64,000 nt of DNA. Origin: Thermoplasmata archaeon. GTDB taxonomy: Archaea > Thermoplasmatota > Thermoplasmata > Lutacidiplasmatales > UBA184. Shown in pieces: positions 53,427-61,956 of the stretch. Location of the stretch: the NCBI GenBank assembly GCA_022749895.1, contig JAKIWS010000003.1, positions 11,521 to 75,520 of the forward strand, read 5' to 3'. Under the pieces are notes generated by a model, which worked only from the letters and a program-made list of their open reading frames with translations, had not been told where the DNA came from and did no database searches. Position 1 is the stretch's first letter. Each line of letters opens with the position of its first letter. The position numbers were made by a program, and so were the translations under genes.

Positions 53427-53612
53427 CTCACGCTCGGACGACGGGCTTCACGGAACAATCCACCGGAGACCCGGTGACCCGTTAAGGTTCGCTCGGAATC
53501 GTCGAATCCGATGAAGTTGCATTCCCCGTGACCGGTTCTCGATTCCTCGCCGTTAGAGCGCGCGTAGTTTCAAATAGGGGGGCCAAGTGGGGCCCGAGTC
53601 GAGGTTCAGCCG

Positions 53613-54023
53613 TTGGCTTCGAAGCGACCGGTGAAACGTTCCGCCCCGCCGAGGGCGAAACGGCCGACCGCCACGTCCCGGTCCACGCCCAAGAAGAAGC
53701 GTGCGCCGCCGCGACCGAAGCCGCCCGCCAAGACCTCCTCGAAGGCCCCGCCGAAGCCGCCGGCGAAGTCGGTGCCCACGACGGGGAAGCCACCGGCAAA
53801 GCGGCCGTCCCCCCCGCCGGTCGACGCCGGCGCCGAAGTCGCGGTCGTCCCGCGATCGGGCGACGCCCGTCGCCATGTGCTGTCCCTGTCGTTCCTGCGC
53901 GACGGGGACGAGTTCCTCGCTCGGCTGGAGAGCGACAGCGGGCAGATCACGGAACTCAAGAACCGGTCGCTCGACCAGCTGCTCACGCTCGTGGCGAGCG
54001 AGCTCGAAGACCTCCTCGAATAG
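53613..54023 (+). CDS. hypothetical protein with a Lys/Pro/Ala-rich basic tail and a small acidic C-terminal domain
   Basis: 136 aa. Residues 1-70 are KRP/PKK/PPAK repeats. The C-terminal 60 aa are VLSLSFLRDGDEFLARLESDSGQITELKNRSLDQLLTLVASELEDLLE. TTG start. The box TTTCAAATAG at 53568-53577 lies upstream. Confidence 0.5.
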   Translation: MASKRPVKRSAPPRAKRPTATSRSTPKKKRAPPRPKPPAKTSSKAPPKPPAKSVPTTGKPPAKRPSPPPVDAGAEVAVVPRSGDARRHVLSLSFLRDGDEFLARLESDSGQITELKNRSLDQLLTLVASELEDLLE

Positions 54024-54027
54024 GCGC

Positions 54028-54513
54028 CTAGTCGGGCGCCGCGACGGGCTCGAAGAACCCCCGGCCGACCAGATAGTTCCGGTGCCGGCCGTCCGCGTCG
54101 CTCACCGTGACGAGCTCGGCGGGTTCGGTCGACAGGAACCCGGGTACGTACCGGTAGACCACCGCGACCCGCAGGCCGTCACGACGGAAGCGGCGGAGCC
54201 CCCCCGTACGTTCGCGGACGACGAGTCGGTCGTCGCGCCAGGCCGCGGCGCGCGGCGCCCGGCCGAGCGTGACCAGAAACCCGATCCCCGCGATCACGAG
54301 GGCCAGGACCGTGAGGGCGCCGTACACGGCGGAATCCGTGCGCACGCCGGCGGTGGGGGAACTCGCTGCCAGGGCGACGAACGCGGCGTACACCGCGAGG
54401 GCGAGGACGACGAACACGAGGAACAGTCGCGTGCCGCGTTGCGTCCCGGTCCGGTTCGGGACGAACGGCACGATGCGCGGAGCGGCCGACGACGCCGCGG
54501 CGGCCTCCGCCAT
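54028..54513 (-). CDS. hypothetical membrane protein (2 TM plus a small soluble domain)
   Basis: Start set to the ATG at 54513, because the rest of track ORF 54028..54909 overlaps the yjbQ gene on the other strand. Two TM helices (LFLVFVVLALAVYAAFVALAA and ALTVLALVIAGIGFLVTL). Confidence 0.45.
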   Translation of the reverse strand: MAEAAAASSAAPRIVPFVPNRTGTQRGTRLFLVFVVLALAVYAAFVALAASSPTAGVRTDSAVYGALTVLALVIAGIGFLVTLGRAPRAAAWRDDRLVVRERTGGLRRFRRDGLRVAVVYRYVPGFLSTEPAELVTVSDADGRHRNYLVGRGFFEPVAAPD

Positions 54514-54618
54514 CGGCGTTCGCGTGATCCGAACGGCGCGCGAGGTCGACACGGCTCCGCCGACGGTGTAGTCGGTTCGGGGCAGGCTTAAACTTGGCGT
54601 TGGGGCTCGCGCCCCTCG

Positions 54619-55029
54619 ATGGCGAGCCACACGGAGTATCTCTGGTTCGAAACCCGACGCCCGCGCGAGTTCCTCAACATCACGGACCAGGTCCGCGCGG
54701 TCGTCCGGGCGAGCCAGGTCCAGGAAGGGCTCGTCCTCGTTTCGGCGATGCACATCACCGCGACGGTGTACGTCAACGATGACGAGTCGGGGCTGATCCA
54801 CGATATCGAGGCGTGGGCCGACCGGCTCGCTCCGCCGGGGGATTACCAGCACCACCGGACCGGGGAATCGAACGGCGACGCCCATCTCAAGAACCTCCTC
54901 CTCGGCCACCAGGTCGTGCTCCCGGTCACCCGGGGCGACCTCGACTTAGGGCCGTGGGAGCAGGTGTTCTACGGGGAGTTCGACGGTCAGCGCCGCAAAC
55001 GCGTGGTGGTCAAAGTCCTCGGCGAGTGA
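54619..55029 (+). CDS. yjbQ: YjbQ/UPF0047 family protein (secondary thiamine-phosphate synthase type)
   Basis: 136 aa with [29 protein letters not shown] and [13 protein letters not shown]. The box GCTTAAACTT at 54587-54596 is 28 nt upstream of the ATG. Confidence 0.85.
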   Translation: MASHTEYLWFETRRPREFLNITDQVRAVVRASQVQEGLVLVSAMHITATVYVNDDESGLIHDIEAWADRLAPPGDYQHHRTGESNGDAHLKNLLLGHQVVLPVTRGDLDLGPWEQVFYGEFDGQRRKRVVVKVLGE

Positions 55030-55084
55030 TCGCCCCTTCGGCGCCCGGAGAGGTCGACCCGGGCGTGCGGATCCGCGGTGGCGC

Positions 55085-56197
55085 CTACCCTTCGAGCGCC
55101 GTGTCGGGCGGAGGTACACTGGCCATCGTCGGAGGGCGGGGCCGGGGGGCGTCGAGGTCGACCTCGGGGACCTTGCGGGCGATCTCGCGGGCCATCGCGG
55201 AGCAGCTCGACGGTGGTACCGGGGTCGACGTGTAGCCGGGGAGCGCCAAGTCGTAGGTGACGAACTTCTTCTCCGCGACCGTCGCCCAGACCGCGCGGAA
55301 GACCCGTTCCGCGGCTTCCCGCTCGCCGAGATGACGGTAGAGGAGCTCCAGGCAGAGGATCTCCGCGACCGGGTCGGCCTTGTCCAAGCCGGCGTACTTG
55401 GGGGCGGAGCCGTGGACCGGCTCGAACACCGCCATCGTCGTACCGTAGAGCGCCCCCGGCGCGATCCCGAGACCTCCGGCGAGCCCGGCACAGAGATCGC
55501 TCAGGATGTCGCCGAAGAGGTTGGTGGTCACGATCACATCGTACTCCGTCGGTTTCTTGACGAGCTGCATGCACATGTTGTCGATGAGCCGCTCATCGGA
55601 GGCGATGTCCGGGTACCGGGCGGCGACCTCCTGGAACACCGCCTGGAAAAGGCCCCCGGTCATCTTCATGATGTTCGCCTTGTGGACGCCGGTGACCTTG
55701 CGTCGGCCCTCGCGGCGGGCCATCTGAAAGGCGAATTCGCAGATCCGCTCCGACGCGGCCCGCGTGACGATCGCGATCGTCTCCGCCTTCGAGTGTTCCG
55801 GGTTGTCCCACTGCTCGACCCCCGAGTACAACCCCTCGGTCGCCTCCCGGACGACGATCAGGTCGGTCTCGGGAAACCGGGTCCCTTCCCCCGCGATCGC
55901 GCGCGCCGGGCGGACGGAGGCGTACAGGTCGAGCTTCTGGCGCAACGCGACGTTGACGCTCCGGAAACCGCTCCCGATCGGGGTCGTGATCGGGCCTTTC
56001 AGCGCGACCTTCGTGCGCCGGATCGATTCGAGCACGGCGTCCGGGAGCGGCGTCCCCTGGTCCCGGATCGCGCGCTCGCCGGCGTCCACGACTTCCCAGT
56101 CGATGCCGACATTCGTGGCGGCGGCGACGGTCCGCGCCGCGTCGGTGACCTCCGGGCCGATCCCGTCGCCCGGGATCAGCGTCACCCGGTAGCTCAT
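55085..56197 (-). CDS. beta-decarboxylating dehydrogenase (NAD-isocitrate/homoisocitrate/isopropylmalate dehydrogenase family)
   Basis: 370 aa with [42 protein letters not shown] and [19 protein letters not shown]. The substrate cannot be assigned from sequence alone. Confidence 0.85.
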   Translation of the reverse strand: MSYRVTLIPGDGIGPEVTDAARTVAAATNVGIDWEVVDAGERAIRDQGTPLPDAVLESIRRTKVALKGPITTPIGSGFRSVNVALRQKLDLYASVRPARAIAGEGTRFPETDLIVVREATEGLYSGVEQWDNPEHSKAETIAIVTRAASERICEFAFQMARREGRRKVTGVHKANIMKMTGGLFQAVFQEVAARYPDIASDERLIDNMCMQLVKKPTEYDVIVTTNLFGDILSDLCAGLAGGLGIAPGALYGTTMAVFEPVHGSAPKYAGLDKADPVAEILCLELLYRHLGEREAAERVFRAVWATVAEKKFVTYDLALPGYTSTPVPPSSCSAMAREIARKVPEVDLDAPRPRPPTMASVPPPDTALEG

Positions 56198-56300
56198 CGC
56201 GCGCCCTCGGCGCGCGCGAGAGGTCGCCGGGGATAAGGCTTCGGGCGGTGGGCGTCGTGCGCAGTGTCCCCCGAGCGGCTCGGGCGGGCCGTCGCTCGGG

Positions 56301-57251
56301 TCACTTCGGCCGTCGCCCGGGCTCTGTCGGTTCCGGCGCCCGCGTCGCGCCGCGCGCGATCAGGTGACGCAGGAGGGCGTCCGTGACCGGTTCGTCCCGG
56401 GGGGCCTCGCTCCACACCTCGATGACGGCATCCCACGTCGTCGCCCCGACGTCGACGACAAAGAGCCGGGGGGTGGGCACGTCGCCCGACGTGGCCGGGA
56501 ATTCGCGGACGAACTCCCGCACGGCGGATTCGAGGTCCGCGACGGCGAGCGAGGTCGGAAGCGTGAGGCGAAGGCGGGTCAACCGGTACCGGGTCTGGCT
56601 CCAGTTCGTCACCACGGCGCTGTAGACGACCCCGTTGGGAATGCGGGCCGTGCGCCCGTCATCGAGGCGGAGCACCGTGTAGAGGAGCCCCACCTCGCGG
56701 ACCGTCCCGCGGAAATCGGCGAAGATCTGCTCGTGCGGGTAGCTCGGAGCGAGCGTGGTGTAGCTGACCAGGCTGAGCCCGACGTGGTCGCCGGGGCGGA
56801 ACGGGCCGGCGAAGACGATGATGAGGCCCGCGAAGATGTTCGACAGGATCGTCTGGCTGGCGAGCCCCACGACGATTCCCGCGAAGGCGCTCCCGAAGAG
56901 GAGCGACTGAAAGTCGGTGACGCCGAAGACGAAGAGGAGCGCCAGCACCAGAACGGCCCCGAGGATGATGTTGACCACGAGCCCGGCGGTGTTCGCGTAC
57001 CGGAGGTTCCCCGCCGCGTCCATCGACGCGCGGATCGCCCGGCCGAACGACCGGGCCAGGAGGTAGCCCACGAGGATGATCCCGCCGGATTCGGCGACGC
57101 GGAACAGGATCGGGGGGTTCGCCCCGAAACAGGGGGTACAGAATTCACGGGCGACGAGGACGTAGACGACCGCGAGCCCCACGGCGACCGCGAGGGTGGC
57201 GCCGAGCTCGGTCGCGAGGCGCGGGAGGACCTTCGACACCGCGGGCGCCAT
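56301..57251 (-). CDS. mscS: mechanosensitive ion channel (MscS family)
   Basis: 316 aa. TM helices, then [27 protein letters not shown] and the beta-domain. Confidence 0.85.
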   Translation of the reverse strand: MAPAVSKVLPRLATELGATLAVAVGLAVVYVLVAREFCTPCFGANPPILFRVAESGGIILVGYLLARSFGRAIRASMDAAGNLRYANTAGLVVNIILGAVLVLALLFVFGVTDFQSLLFGSAFAGIVVGLASQTILSNIFAGLIIVFAGPFRPGDHVGLSLVSYTTLAPSYPHEQIFADFRGTVREVGLLYTVLRLDDGRTARIPNGVVYSAVVTNWSQTRYRLTRLRLTLPTSLAVADLESAVREFVREFPATSGDVPTPRLFVVDVGATTWDAVIEVWSEAPRDEPVTDALLRHLIARGATRAPEPTEPGRRPK

Positions 57252-57314
57252 CGGATGCCGCGCAGCCGGCCGGCGCCAAAAGAGCTTCGCGCGATGAACG
57301 GTGTCAAGTAAGAT

Positions 57315-57325
57315 TTCTTATAACT
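57315..57325 (+). promoter_or_regulatory. TATA box of the Orc1/Cdc6-like gene (TTTCTTATAAC)
   Basis: It sits within the only strongly A/T-rich stretch of the region (57305-57345). The ATG at 57345 is about 25 nt downstream. Confidence 0.5.
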
Positions 57326-57344
57326 CATGTAAATATCTCAGTCG

Positions 57345-58667
57345 ATGATGCTACCGACCCACCCTGAGGTGCTTGGAGCCGACTTCGTCCCGCCCGTGCC
57401 GATCGCGCGCTCCCCCGAGCTCGAGGAGCTGAGGCGGTGGTTGGGGGACCCGTACCCCTCCGAGCCCCGTCCGTGGGCCGCCGCGGTGGTCGGCCCCCGA
57501 GGCTCGGGAACTTCGACGGTGGCCCGGCTTGCGGCCCGGCGGATCGCGGACGGCGTGCGACGGGAGCACGGCGGCATGGGCGCGCGGATCCTCTGTGCGC
57601 GGGTCCGCGGGCTGCGCGGGGCGCACGCCGTCGCTTCAAGCCTGCTCACCCAACTCGACCCCGGCTTCCGTGGGCGCGGATTCCGTGTTGTGGAGATCGC
57701 GGCCGGTCTCCTGCGCCGGTTCGCCCGCGACGGGCGGCCGGCCGTCGTCGTGCTCGACGACGTCGCTCCGGGCGTCGGCGACCTGAGCGACCTGCTCCGC
57801 GCTTTCCTGCAACCGGAGCGTTTCCTTCCCGAAGGGGAGCCGAACCCTCCTCGCATGTGGCTCATCCTGAGCGGCGTCTCCGAGGGGACCGCCACCTGGG
57901 AGCGCTCGGTCGCCTACGGACTCAAGCCGGGGCGGACGCTCCGACTCGCCCCCTACTCCGACGAGGAGATCGTCGGTATCGTTCGCGACCGAGCGGCGCG
58001 GGCCCTCGGGCGGGACCCGCCGGTCTCAATCGTCCAGCGGATCGTCGAGCGGGTCCGTCGCGAGGCCGGCGCCGCGGACCGCGCCATCGCGCTGCTCCGC
58101 CGCGAGATGGGCGGGTTCGAACGTCGACCGGTCCTGGCCCCCGAGACCGACCCGAGGTCGCCCACCGAGGTGGAGCCCCGCGTACTCCGCGCACTCGACC
58201 GCGCCGGGGCCCGCGACGGCGCGAAGCTCGGCGACGTGCGGCTCTGGGAGGGGCGGTTCGCCGAGGCGGAGGGCCGTCGGCCGATGCCGGCGACGACGCT
58301 GTGGCGTCGAATGGTCCAACTCGAGGCGGCGGGGGTGCTCCGTCGGCGCGTGCGGCCCGGCGGCATGGGCGGCACCGAATCGATCGTGGAGCTGCTCGAG
58401 GATCTCCCGACCGTCGAACCTATTCCGGGCGTTCCGGGAACTCATCGAGCCGCCGGTGACCACGCCGTGGTGCGATGGCTGGGGCGCGCTCCGGCGCTCC
58501 CGTGGGGAGCGGCCGGGACGACGCCTCCGACGCTGGGGACGAACGAGCCTCCGGATGGCGGAGTTGCTCCGCCACCGACCGAGCGAGGGTGGGCGAGCGC
58601 AACGCGGCCGCGATCCGCTCGAGGGGCGCCTGGCGAAGCGCCTCCCGGTCCGCGAACCCCGCGGTGA
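57345..58667 (+). CDS. Orc1/Cdc6-like AAA+ protein with degenerate Walker A/B motifs
   Basis: Collinear with Orc1/Cdc6: FVPPVPIARSPELEEL, P-loop position GPRGSGTST (Lys replaced), VVVLDDV (DE to DD), LAPYSDEEIVGIVRDRAARAL, AADRAIALLR, and a winged-helix-like C-terminal domain. The last ~75 aa overlap the hel308 3' end and look low-complexity. Confidence 0.65.
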   Translation: MMLPTHPEVLGADFVPPVPIARSPELEELRRWLGDPYPSEPRPWAAAVVGPRGSGTSTVARLAARRIADGVRREHGGMGARILCARVRGLRGAHAVASSLLTQLDPGFRGRGFRVVEIAAGLLRRFARDGRPAVVVLDDVAPGVGDLSDLLRAFLQPERFLPEGEPNPPRMWLILSGVSEGTATWERSVAYGLKPGRTLRLAPYSDEEIVGIVRDRAARALGRDPPVSIVQRIVERVRREAGAADRAIALLRREMGGFERRPVLAPETDPRSPTEVEPRVLRALDRAGARDGAKLGDVRLWEGRFAEAEGRRPMPATTLWRRMVQLEAAGVLRRRVRPGGMGGTESIVELLEDLPTVEPIPGVPGTHRAAGDHAVVRWLGRAPALPWGAAGTTPPTLGTNEPPDGGVAPPPTERGWASATRPRSARGAPGEAPPGPRTPR

Positions 58668-60729
58668 ACAGGAGTCGCGCCCGGACGCGCCCGATCCCGC
58701 GAAGGCGCACGAGGTCGAGGAGCTCCTCTTTCACTCCGTAACGGATCCGGAGCGCCAGATCGTCGACCGGTCGCGACAGCGGCCGGCGGAACGTCGCGGC
58801 GATCCGCGAGAGGCCGAAGAGGAGCCACTCCGCGTCCTCGGCCTTCGCCCGAAGGTCGCCGGCGCCGATCCCGAACTTCTCCGTCAGAGCGACGATCGGC
58901 GTTTCCGCGAGCCAGGCTTCGAGGACGGCCGCGGTCTTGAGCGAGCCGAGCATCAGGTCGAGCGGCGTATCGAGCGGCTCTTCCTCGGCCTTCACGAGGA
59001 GCTCCGCCTCTTCTTCCGCGTACCGCGCCGTGAACTCGGCTTCCTCGCCTCGGCGAAGGAAGAGGGGAGGGAGGTCGGGGGTGGCGGCCACGGCCGCGAG
59101 GAGCGCGAACGGGCGGACGCCGAGCGGCGCCCTCTCGACGGCGCGACGGAGGACCACCGCGGAGAGCGGGTCGAGGTAGAGATCGCTCGTGAGCTCGCCA
59201 AAGCCGGTCGCCCGAAGCGCCGGACCGGGTTCCAGGAGACCGTTCGACTCGAGGAAACCACGGACCGATTCGACCTTGTCCGTGAGCGCATCGAGCGGGA
59301 GGGTCCGGCCGTAGAACGTCCCCCGGAAGAACGTGGCGAGCTCTTCGCGCGAATGGACCTCCCCGCTCGCGACCAGCGCGAGGAGATGCATCCGGAGCGC
59401 GGGTTCGGCCGCCAGGCGGGACTCGACGTCCTCCGGCGGGGCCCCGAGGACGTCGTCGAGCAACCGGGACTCGTCGTCCGCGTGGCGGGCGAGCACGATC
59501 GCTTCGCCCACGCGGTCGTACCGCGGTCGGCCCGCCCGGCCGCACATCTGCTGGATCTCGAGCGCCGGGATCGGCGCCTGGAGACCGAGACGATCGTCGT
59601 AGCGGGTCGTGTCGCGGACGATCACCCGCCGGGCGGGTAGGTTGATCCCGGCCGCCAGCGTCGGGGTCGCCGCAAGGACCTTGAGATGGCGCGCGACGAA
59701 CGCCTTCTCAAGCAGCCGGCGCTCGCCGTTCTCGAGCGCGGCGTTGTGGAAGGCGACGCCGCGGGGCACGAGGTCCGCGAGGCGTCGCAGCCCCTCGGTC
59801 TCCTCTTCGGCGACGAGGTGGAGGTCGTGGGCGACCCCGGCCGCGGCGGCCTTCTCGTCCGGCGTCATCGACGCGGCGACCAGCGCCGCGACGTGCTGGG
59901 CGGCCTGCTCGCTCCCCTTCCGGGTGCTCACGAAGATGATCACTTGGCCGCCGCCCTCGAGCGACTCCCGCACGAGGCGTTGGACGCCGTCGCCCGGGGG
60001 ATCGACCTCCCGGGAATCGAGGTCCGTGTACGTGACCCGCCCGTCCAAGTAGACCCCGCTGCGTAGCGGCACCGGCCGGAACTCGCTCGCCACGTGCACG
60101 GCGTCGAGCCACGCGGCAAGCTCGGACGAGTTGCCCACGGTGGCCGAGAGCGCGACGATCTGGAGGTCGCGGTGGCGCCGCCGCAGCCGGGTGAGCGTGA
60201 CCTCGAGCGTCGGACCCCGCTCCGGGTCCCGCATCAGGTGGACCTCGTCGGCGACGACCACCCCGAGCCGGTCGAGCCACGGTGCTCCTCGGCGCATCAG
60301 GCCGTCGGCCTTCTCGCTCGTCGCGACGAGGATGTCGAGACGGTCGAGTTTCGCCGCGGGCAAGTCGAAGTCGCCGATCGAAAGCCCGACCTTGACGCCG
60401 AGCGAGGCGAACTGGGACAGTTCGTCGAACTTCTCCTGCGCGAGGGCGCGCAGCGGTACGAGATAGAGGCCGGTGCGCTTTTCGCGCACGGCCCGCAGCA
60501 GCGCCAGGTAGGCGACGAGCGATTTCCCGCTCGCGGTGGGGCAGGCGAGGACCACCGAACGACCGGCGAGGACGTGCGGGAGCGCCTCCGCCTGCGGTGG
60601 GTACAGCTCCTCGATCCCGTGGGCCCGGATCACGGCCCGAACCTCCGGGTCCAGCGGGAGGTCGTCGAGCTTGGACGGAACTGCTTGCGAGGGGGAGGGG
60701 GGCGTCGGTCCGGTCGCGCGACGTCCCAT
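58420..60729 (-). CDS. hel308: Ski2-like DNA helicase Hel308
   Basis: Start set to the ATG at 60729 within track ORF 58420..61155. Motifs LACPTASGKS, DEVH, SATVGN, and the ratchet and HLH C-terminal domains (GIGRVRARLL). Confidence 0.9.
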   Translation of the reverse strand: MGRRATGPTPPSPSQAVPSKLDDLPLDPEVRAVIRAHGIEELYPPQAEALPHVLAGRSVVLACPTASGKSLVAYLALLRAVREKRTGLYLVPLRALAQEKFDELSQFASLGVKVGLSIGDFDLPAAKLDRLDILVATSEKADGLMRRGAPWLDRLGVVVADEVHLMRDPERGPTLEVTLTRLRRRHRDLQIVALSATVGNSSELAAWLDAVHVASEFRPVPLRSGVYLDGRVTYTDLDSREVDPPGDGVQRLVRESLEGGGQVIIFVSTRKGSEQAAQHVAALVAASMTPDEKAAAAGVAHDLHLVAEEETEGLRRLADLVPRGVAFHNAALENGERRLLEKAFVARHLKVLAATPTLAAGINLPARRVIVRDTTRYDDRLGLQAPIPALEIQQMCGRAGRPRYDRVGEAIVLARHADDESRLLDDVLGAPPEDVESRLAAEPALRMHLLALVASGEVHSREELATFFRGTFYGRTLPLDALTDKVESVRGFLESNGLLEPGPALRATGFGELTSDLYLDPLSAVVLRRAVERAPLGVRPFALLAAVAATPDLPPLFLRRGEEAEFTARYAEEEAELLVKAEEEPLDTPLDLMLGSLKTAAVLEAWLAETPIVALTEKFGIGAGDLRAKAEDAEWLLFGLSRIAATFRRPLSRPVDDLALRIRYGVKEELLDLVRLRGIGRVRARLLFTAGFADREALRQAPLERIAAALRSPTLARSVAEQLRHPEARSSPASEASSRPLPTGAPERAPAIAPRRGHRRLDEFPERPE

Positions 60730-60779
60730 CGTCGGCGACGAGCGGCCCGTGGTACTAAGCGTGGGTGGGGGTCGTGAAC

Positions 60780-61898
60780 TCAGCGCCCCAAGATCGAGCG
60801 TCCGAGGATCAGTTCCTGGATCTCGGTCGACCCTTCGACGATCGGGAACACGCGCGCATCGCGAAGGATGCGTCCGACGGTCGCATCGGCCCGGCCGGCG
60901 GCGGGCCCGGTGAGCGCGAAGGCCCTCTGGGCGTTTCGATTCGCCGCCTGGGAGGCGAACAACTTGGCCGCGGAGGCGGCCGCGACGAACGGACGCCCGG
61001 CGTCCTTCAGCTCGGCCGCCCGTTCGACGAGCGCCCGCGCCGCCTCGAGGTCCACGTACCCGCGCGCCACTTCGGTGCGCTTCCAATCGTCCGGGGAGGC
61101 CCGGGCCGCCTCGCGGGCCAGCTCGAATGCTCGCCGGGCGACCCCCAGGGCGCACGCTGCGATCCCGACCCGTCCCCCGGCGAGCGCTGCCATGGCGATC
61201 GAGAACCCCTCGCCCTCGGCACCGAGGAGGGAGTCCGCGGGCAGCCGCGCGTCGTCGAACACGATCTCGGTCGTCTCGCTCCCCCGGATGCCCAGCTTGT
61301 CGAGCCGCTGGGCGACGTGGAGGCCGGGGGTGGTCGCGGCCGCGACGAACGCCGAAATCCCTCGGTGGCCGAGGGAGGCGTCCTTCGTGGCGAACGTGAG
61401 GATCGTACCGGCACTCGCGGCGTTGGTGATGAACATCTTCGACCCGTTCAATCGGAAGCCGTCGCCCGCCCGCTCGTAGCGGCAGGTGAGACGCGCGGCG
61501 TCCGACCCCACCCCGGGTTCGCTGAGAGCGAACGCCCCGAGACGACGTCCCTCGGCGAGGGGGGGAACGATCATTCGAACCTGCTCGGCGGATCCGAACT
61601 CGACGATCGGCATCGCCGCGACGGCGAGGTGGACCGAGAGCAGCGTGGCGACGGCGGCGCTGGACGCGGCGAGTTCCTCGAGCACCGCAGCGATGGCTCG
61701 GTTCGAACCCGGCGAGCCCCCGACCTCGGTCGGAAGTCCGAGCCCCATCATTTTCGACTGCGCGAGCGCGGGCAGAAGTCCGTCGGGAAACCGGTCGTCG
61801 TGGTCGATCGCGACCACGTGGGGCTCGATGTGGGCCCGCGCGAACTCGGCGGCCCGCGTGCGCCAGCCGTCCACGTCGGCGGCGGCCGGGACACTCAC
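60780..61898 (-). CDS. acyl-CoA dehydrogenase
   Basis: Start set to the GTG at 61898, about 24 nt below the box GCATAAGAGG at 61917-61926. ACAD motifs ALSEPGVGSD and FPIVEGSTEIQELILGR. Confidence 0.85.
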   Translation of the reverse strand: MSVPAAADVDGWRTRAAEFARAHIEPHVVAIDHDDRFPDGLLPALAQSKMMGLGLPTEVGGSPGSNRAIAAVLEELAASSAAVATLLSVHLAVAAMPIVEFGSAEQVRMIVPPLAEGRRLGAFALSEPGVGSDAARLTCRYERAGDGFRLNGSKMFITNAASAGTILTFATKDASLGHRGISAFVAAATTPGLHVAQRLDKLGIRGSETTEIVFDDARLPADSLLGAEGEGFSIAMAALAGGRVGIAACALGVARRAFELAREAARASPDDWKRTEVARGYVDLEAARALVERAAELKDAGRPFVAAASAAKLFASQAANRNAQRAFALTGPAAGRADATVGRILRDARVFPIVEGSTEIQELILGRSILGR

Positions 61899-61956
61899 GC
61901 CGGTCCGAGTCGCACAGCCTCTTATGCGTCCTCCCTCGTTCGACCTTCGAGGAGCC

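Noticed and set aside
57290-57345. The A/T-rich stretch upstream of the Orc1/Cdc6-like gene, considered as a replication origin.
   Set aside because: It is only about 50 nt long, with no repeated ORB/mini-ORB-like elements or flanking inverted repeats that I can see. It is adequately explained as a TATA promoter. It cannot be called an origin from this evidence.
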